The notes beneath the pieces are model-generated. The model saw nothing but the letters and a program-made list of their open reading frames with translations. It searched no databases and was not told the DNA's origin. Source: Cladosporium halotolerans (Eukaryota). From it: DNA of 64,000 bases. The stretch's first letter is position 1. Every line of letters begins with the position of its first letter. Location of the stretch: contig NW_027191453.1 of assembly GCF_011745625.1 (NCBI RefSeq), forward strand, positions 1 to 64,000. The letters are read 5' to 3'. Below, one piece after another: positions 58,480 through 64,000 of this stretch. The translations under genes and the position numbers were made by a program.

Positions 58480-61036
58480 GTGTCCATATGATATGCATGT
58501 AACATTTCGGGTTTATGTATGCTATTGTAGATTTAGTAGCTCAAAGATTGCATATCACATCTTGTTGAATGCTTCATGGCTATCGTCCCATTGCCCCAGA
58601 AAGGCTGACAAGCACGCGAACCTCTGCCTGAGGTCTTCACACTGTCGCCAGAACGTCTTCTGCGCTGCTCACAGAATGTGATCCGCGATTCCAGTGTGTC
58701 GTCGCGGCCCACGTCCTCGGCGCAAGACAACGGTTTGGCCGCTTCTCGTGTTCGCACATCGCGTGCACCTTCTGTTGCAACCAACTCGCCGGCTTAAGGA
58801 AAGATTCAATTCCATCGAGGTCTCTCTCACACGCCGTGAGCTTCACACTGCTTCTCACCTTCTTCCCGCGCCCTCCTGAATTCCGTGCCGTTCTCCTGAC
58901 CGCAAGATTGATCCCAACGAACAAATCTCGTCCAACGCTACCTGTCGCATCACACTCATCAGCCCCGCGCCCTGCTGCGTGCCGATAATTCAAACGCGGA
59001 ATAATCGCAAGGGATCTCTTTCAATGTACCTCTCGTATCGAGCCACCGTCGTAGACTGACTTGGAGTTCAACTTGGAGTTCGACTCCTTGGACCAATTTC
59101 ACTTGGACTGAGGATTCAGATATACGAAAGCGTGGCTACTGCTATAATATACGGTCATTGCTCTAATATACGAGCGTTCATCGATTTCTTTTTTCCCTCA
59201 GAGCATTCCCAAGCACGTATACCAGACCTGTCATTCCACAGAAAAGGAGCATTTCGCAGAGTCTTCAATTGATCAAGCTGGTGCGCGCGCTGTCTTCTCG
59301 GACGGCGTCTGGGATCGCGCTGAGAAAGAAAGCAGTGTCTCCGCTATGTCCCCTCCACGCGGGACGGCGGTTGCGGAGGGCAGCGGCGAGTTTGCGCGAT
59401 GAAATGCGCAGATCGCTCAGTCTCGGGCGCAAGAAGAGGATCATCGATGAAGGTGGAAGGCAGGTAAGCCCGGGCATCGATGTAATTTCATGAGTTGCGA
59501 CCGCTGAAAGGCGACGTGATCAGAATTGAGTCGTGCCGTCCGCCATACCGATGTCCGGGGAGACCGGCATGATGTCGAACGATGCTGGCTGCCATCAACT
59601 TTCACACTTCTGGCAATGCGCTCATGTATCGATCCTCGGGAACGCCAACACTTACGTCTCGGGGCCAAAGTATGGCTGCAATCTGCAAAAGCGAATTTGA
59701 AATATCTGGAAATTGCAAATGAAGCCAATGCAGCCAGGAACGTTGTCCCCAGGCCACACCGCAGACGCAGGGCGCATTCCTGATGTGGTCTGCTCGATAA
59801 AAAAGCCAGTCTTTTGGCGGACGCGCTTGATGTGCAGCAAGGCTTGAACAGCAAGTACGAACTTGGAAGACGCGACCGTTCAGACCTCCATTCAAAAATT
59901 GCAATGCAATCCGGAAAAGCTTTCCAATAATGCACTGATACGTAGGAGCAGCTATCAGCTTCATTGAGCAGCGGATTGAGCAGCGGGTTGGTACAGCTGG
60001 CAACGTTCAAGGATGAACCGAAACAGGTTCTCCGCGTTCTCGAAGGATTTGCGGTGGTATCTCACTTTGATAGAACCTTTTCGATTGGTAAACTATCTGG
60101 AATCCCGCGAACAAGCGGTTGCCGGGATTGCGGTCGATACAAGTGTAATGCACAGATCCCGACGAGCTCATGTCCTGCCTACAGCTGCTCAACCGCCGGG
60201 GTATGGGCTGCGTCAACGAGGCAGTGACCCAGGAGTTCAGTTGCATGCTCTCCCAACTTGAGCTTTCATTCTGTCAGGCGACGAAATTAGCTGCCGTACT
60301 TAGGCTCACGCGACTCGAATTTGATCTTCGAGATCACCCAATCATTGTCTTTCTTTGCTGCGTAGACATGTTTCTCAACGGGTATATCAAGCTTCCACAT
60401 TCGCTGTGCTCTTCGGCGCGCCACGCGAAAGTTCCAGTGTGAATCGTAGGATCGAGCGCGTTCTTAGGTGCCGTCCCTAGGCATGTGAGTCCTCCAGGTA
60501 CATCCGCTACGGTCTCACTGTCCTCTGAGATTCAAAATCTCTGGAACGTTCAGCTGCCTCTGCCATGAACGCCTACGTGATGAGTTCCCAGGCAACACCG
60601 GCATTGCTCCTCAAACAAGAGTGCCCACGAAGCTTGGCCGCGTCCTTCTCAATCGCACTATTGCGAGAGACCTACAAGCCACGATCTCTCAACAGCCTTT
60701 ACTACCTCTACTTACCACTAATTTTCATTCGTCATCTATCGACCTTACAGGTCATGCTGCCGTTGATGGCATCTTTAGAGCACAGCAATAGCGGAGGTTC
60801 TCTCAACTATCGTATCTCGAGGGACGTGTTTCTGAGCGCAGTATACGAAGACCGGCTTAAGCAACCCCTTCACTGGACACAGCTTCACCGAGGGCTTTCA
60901 ATTGTTTTTTGTCGCAGCATGGCTAATTGACCAGTTGCCGTCGAGATTTGAAACTAGGCTTCATGCCGCGGCAATCGAGACGCCAGCATTCGCCAATATA
61001 TCTCCAGACGCTCGCTTTGTCGTTACACCGGCAGCC

Positions 61037-61281
61037 TTCCCGTCGAAAGCGGACATCGATCGCTTGATCGCGCGATACTTCAACGCATACGATCCGTCAG
61101 TGCACATCATTCACGGCAATTCGTTTCAGAAGCAATACGATGCGCATTGAATGAAATCTAGTGCAACTTCGGCTTGGCTGGGCTTGTGGCACGCGATAAT
61201 GACGCTGGCCCTTCAATCAATCATACCACCGAGCAGATGACAAGCCGCCCGAATATCGCGAGAGAGCCCTCGAGATCATGG
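61037..61281 (+). pseudogene. Disrupted fragment of a fungal-specific (Zn2Cys6-associated) transcription factor domain
   Basis: FPSKADIDRLIARYFNAYDPSVHIIHGNSFQKQYDAH*, with TGA at 61148 where Trp is expected, then WLGLWHAIMTLALQS, a 4-bp ATCA duplication frameshift (61220-61223), and YHRADDKPPEYRERALE. Confidence 0.7.
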
Positions 61282-61467
61282 AAACCGAACTTTGGCAAGT
61301 AGGTAATCAACGGCCCGACGTTTCGGCCTACCTACAGGTTGAATTGAAATTGAAGGAAAATGGAAAATTATCGGATCCAACAGGTACTGAGCTCAACGCA
61401 TGCGAGTTGCAAAACCTGTCACCTCAACCTCTACCCCGACCTATGGGACTGAACAAACCGCAGATCC

Positions 61468-62572
61468 CTATTGAGCCTTCTCTTTCGCCGCCAACTCGAC
61501 GTACTGGCCGATGACCTCAATCATCATCTCCTCGAACGTTTTCTCTCGAATGCCAAGAATCTCTTCCGTCTTGCTCACGTCGGCCTTGATACCGAACCCC
61601 GTCATGCTACCGTTGTTCGGCAGAGTGCCGTCTTCGATCGCCTTGGGGAAGTGCTTCTTAGCATACTCCTTCACGTCGTCCCACTGTTGCAAGTCAGCTT
61701 CTCGAGCTACAACATGTAATGTTCACTATCGGCGGCACACTCACGTGGTATCCTTCGTCGCCTTTGTTTGCCAGCAAGTAGCTTTGGTTGCCAGGGACTT
61801 TCGGGTCCAGAGCCCGGACGTGCGCAAGCGCAACAGACGTGAGTGAGGTGACGGTCAACGGGAACGGGGTAGGGTGGTGGCGTCCAACGACCGGTCCGAT
61901 AGCAAACGAAAGCGACCCGTTGTCAACTTCGGCAGCCTTGAGGGCGAGTTCGTTGCGGCCGAGCACGATGACAGGGTGGATGTGCACAGCGTCGAAGCCG
62001 GGCTGCTCCGTAGCGATGAAGTCCTCGGCGTGCTTCAGCGCGTGGATCTTCGACGCGTTGTATGCGATTTGCGCGTTGTTCATGTACGGTGAAGGAAGAG
62101 GCTCGCCGCGAGAGTCGGGGCCGACGACCTCGTCTGTCGTGCCGGTGAAAGCTGACATGGGAACGAGAGCAGCTCCAGAGGAAGTCACGACGATACGTTG
62201 GACGCCACCAGCTTTTTGTGCAGACTTGAAGATCCCGACGGTGCCCTGGATTGCGGGCTGCACGATTTCGGCGTCGAGGTCATCGTAGCCGGTCAGGTCC
62301 AGTCTGGGAACGGGCGAGGCGACGTGGAGGATGAACTTGACGCCTTTAACGGCTTCGTCGAAAGCGCCGTCTGCGAGGATGTCGGGCACGATGACGAAGC
62401 TGAGCTGGTCCTCGCTGATGCCTTTCAAGGTTGGGTTAGAGCGGATGATCTCGGCCTTTTGCTCGCTGCGAACTGCGGCGCGGAGCCTGTAGCCATGTTC
62501 GAGAGCGGCGCGAAGGACGCCGAAGCCGACAAGGCCGGTGGCGCCGGTGATGAGGACGAGGTCGCCAGACAT
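61468..62572 (-). CDS. NAD(P)-dependent epimerase/dehydratase-family aldehyde reductase (GRE2-like); intron 61744-61684
   Basis: VLITGATGLVG, HVASP, VVTSS, YNASK, VALAHVRAL; the last exon starts WDDVKEYAKKHFP. Confidence 0.92.
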
Positions 62573-63405
62573 GATAAACCACTACTGAGCAGTCGATGTA
62601 TATGGGGGATGAGAGCCTATACCCTATAGATAGACGTGACGATGGTGTAAAGATTGATCGTTGCGCAGACCTTTGGCTGGGGCCCGCTGCTTATATACTG
62701 TAGTGTATAATCATATTGCACAATAATGTATGATAGCACGATTGTGCATACCTGATCATTATTCAGCCAGCTGACAACAAAGGATGCTGCAGCATCCTTC
62801 ACAGCACCTTAAATCCGCGCAGTGACAGCTTAATCTGACCGAATTCGCTTTGCTTTCCTGTCGAGAGAGGGGAGGAATGCAGTATCCAGACCCTCGATCT
62901 GTGATCTCGATATATAGCAAAATAGTGTGCTATTAGTTTTTTGAGGTTCTTCGGCTCTGGACACGGTCAACGAAACCCCAAGAAGCAAGAAATCGACGAC
63001 GTAACAACACTGAGTTGGGAACGGAGGGCGCGTATGCTGTAGGTGGAGCTTGTCAGCCCGAGTTTGTCAGCCCTGGCGGATGAACTTCACTCCGGCGAGG
63101 AACGACAACCGCCTCTCAGTCATCACATGCAACGAAGGAGTCTCAGCCCCACCGGATGAGTGAGACTCGTTGCCAGATTTTTGGCTGGTCAAGGCTGGGA
63201 CTCCATGCCTGGGAGGAATCCTGCGCTGACAAAGCCAAGGGTCGTGGAGATCTGGGTCGAGAGTCCGCGGAGTATGGAAAAGCCATGGATATAGCGAAGC
63301 GACGTCTCGGCGTCAGCCTTCGATGCAAATTGCCCACAGGCTTTTGTAGACCGTGTATCTATGCCAATAGAGATATTTTACCTAATAACCAGCGTGCGAC
63401 CCGAG

Positions 63406-64000
63406 TCAACTCGCCAGCTCAACCTCCGGCTTGTCCTCCTCCTTCTTATGCAAATGCTTCCCGATGAACGTCTCCCATCTTTCCCCACCTTCCTGCTCTC
63501 TCGCTCGCCGTTGCCGGACCAGCTTCTCCGCAGCCTGCTGAAGCATAGTACTCGGCGGACCGTAGCTGTCAAAGATCCCATCGAAATCCCGAGCAAGATA
63601 CGCCTCCGTCACCTTCTCCATGCGCGTCAGGCTCGCGCCGCCAGGCACGTCTTTCTCCCCGTGCCAGTCGCCCTTGACCCAGTCGTCCAAGGACATATCT
63701 TGCAGGCCGTCTGTGACGTTGAGGCGCTTGTACCAGGTATGCTCGCCGCGGGCGTGCTCGCGCATCTGAGCGTGCTGCTTCTCGCCTTCGGTGTACTTGA
63801 TCAGCAGGTTTTGAAGAACGGCGCGCTTCTCGAGCGCAGTGCGGATGAAAGGTATGTTGCCGAAAGGCCCAGGCCAGGCGGCGGCGAAGCCGTCGTGCGT
63901 GTGGTCTGGGCGGCCGGTGCCGACGCTGAGGAGCAGGGCTGGGTTCTCGGCGCGGCCTTCGTAGAGGGAGTGGAATTCGCTGAGCGCGGCGCCGGAAGGG
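63406..64000 (-). CDS. Patatin-like phospholipase (iPLA2-gamma type), C-terminal part only
   Basis: Open frame from the window edge: PSGAALSEF..PALLLSVGTG..YKRLNVTDGLQDMSLDDW, typical of patatin C-termini. Confidence 0.8.
   Translation of the reverse strand, partial: PSGAALSEFHSLYEGRAENPALLLSVGTGRPDHTHDGFAAAWPGPFGNIPFIRTALEKRAVLQNLLIKYTEGEKQHAQMREHARGEHTWYKRLNVTDGLQDMSLDDWVKGDWHGEKDVPGGASLTRMEKVTEAYLARDFDGIFDSYGPPSTMLQQAAEKLVRQRRAREQEGGERWETFIGKHLHKKEEDKPEVELAS

Noticed and set aside
59075..59087. GGAGTTCGACTCC resembling a tRNA T-loop/B-box
   Set aside because: No proper T-stem, acceptor stem or anticodon arm could be folded.

Overview
Gene-dense eukaryotic DNA from a filamentous ascomycete. 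The short GT-AG introns with CTRAC branch sites and the gene content suggest a Dothideomycete, but that placement is inference. About 24 intact protein-coding genes are supported. Conserved genes: MRPL7, a CYLD-like USP, a NIPA Mg transporter, an RGS-GPCR, an MFS transporter, REV1, an FPR3/FPR4-type FKBP, an MBOAT/wax synthase, a nitrate reductase-like gene, a cupin, GPN3, TYS1, a PXA/PX nexin, RBG2, YPK9, a GRE2-like reductase and a partial patatin. There is also a U2 snRNA gene, two pseudogene remnants (an SDR and a fungal transcription factor fragment) and a block of poorly characterised genes at 44.7-51.8 kb that includes a GPI-type 6x32-aa repeat protein. The most unusual signal is recurrent 0.5-1.3 kb domains that switch from C/A-rich to G/T-rich regardless of gene orientation. 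In the SDR pseudogene the apparent substitutions are mirror-symmetric (T>C and G>A on the left, A>G on the right), which suggests a localised strand-polarised mutational process. No tRNA, rRNA, CRISPR array or intact transposon was recognised. All calls come from reading motifs by eye; no database searches were run.
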